The translations under genes and the position numbers were made by a program. DNA of 62,462 bases, filler included, from Hausera hauseri (Eukaryota), in the NCBI GenBank assembly GCA_046269625.1. It is 12 parts of 12 records of this genome, joined end to end, with 100 filler letters (N's around TTAATTAATTAA, not from the genome) between each part and the next. Parts side by side here need not be neighbours in the genome. Positions count along the whole stretch, not along the records: positions 55,502 to 62,462 come from JBJURY010048108.1; 11 more parts are not named here. One strand, given 5' to 3'. Below the pieces are notes generated by a model. The model did not search any database and was not told where the DNA came from. It was given only the letters and a program-made list of their open reading frames with translations. Each line of letters starts with the position of its first letter. The first letter of the stretch is position 1. Positions 61,904 through 62,462 of this stretch are shown one piece after another.

Positions 61904-62462
61904 GTCATGAACTCTCATCGTATTGCATGTATGCCAAAGCATTGGTCAGTGAACCATTTTTCTTCCGAGGTCCAAGTGCAGCAGCACATATCATGAAGAG
62001 ATTAGAAGATATCGCTCATAGGATTAGAGATATACTTCAGTAGCATAAGTATAATATGAGCATGTAATGAAAACAAGAAGAACAATGGCACAAGGCAACT
62101 ACATGTTACTTGTGCGACAAGTCCTTCACCAAGGAAAATCATAAAGTCAAGGATCACTGCCATTTTACAGGTGTATATCGAGGGGCAGCATGCAACAACT
62201 GTAATCTGCGCTGAAAAACATGTACATATGTGCCTGTAGTGTTCCACAATGTCAGTGGCTATGATTCCTACTTCATTATTCGGGAACTGGGCAGCATTGA
62301 AGGAAACATTGATGTGATACCCAACAGTGAGGAGAAGTATATCACTTTCACTAAGTATGTTGGTAAAATCCGACTTCGCTTCATAGACAGCTTTCGTTTC
62401 ATGTCGTCGTCACTGGATAGTTTAGTGAAGAACCTTCCTGCACAAGAACTCAAGGAAACGAA
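61904..62462 (+). pseudogene. polB: Another family-A pPolB fragment, starting exactly at the TIR end
   Basis: HELSSYCMYAK..RGPSAAAHIMKRL..CDK..KDHCHFTG..SGYDSYF..RFIDSFRFM. Confidence 0.92.

Noticed and set aside
31880-62462. polB genes as evidence of a giant virus or phage
   Set aside because: They are protein-primed-type PolB with an adenain-like protease and AGTAGT termini, all pseudogenised: endogenous Polintons

Overview
This window is not one locus. It is 12 short contigs joined by an artificial 100-bp spacer (44 N + TTAATTAATTAA + 44 N): 1-4567, 4668-8639, 8740-15300, 15401-19569, 19670-24505, 24606-31369, 31470-36112, 36213-40226, 40327-46398, 46499-51110, 51211-55401 and 55502-62462. 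Adjacency across spacers means nothing. The content is animal (invertebrate) nuclear DNA dominated by mostly decayed mobile elements. These are three copies of one CsRn1-clade Ty3/gypsy family, two members of an LTR-element family carrying a chuvirus/gB-like glycoprotein, four Polinton/Maverick pPolB loci with an adenain-like protease and terminal repeats, a tandem Helentron-type (HINE/DINE-1-like) repeat, and mariner, RTE, Tx1/L1 and SINE fragments. Host gene pieces are a LANCL3 first exon, a Shal/Kv4 exon, a TXNDC16-like fragment and a decayed Drosha-like fragment. The most striking signal is ubiquitin-like domains inside two unrelated LTR-retroelement families. One is an uninterrupted Gag-zinc knuckle-UBL-AT-hook-signal peptide-class III glycoprotein ORF with no pol in it (1203-4567), with a decayed homologue at about 42200-43400. 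The other is a UBL ending in RIRGG fused in frame directly to the Gag Met of a gypsy element (26153-26371). All assignments come from reading motifs by eye; no database search was run.
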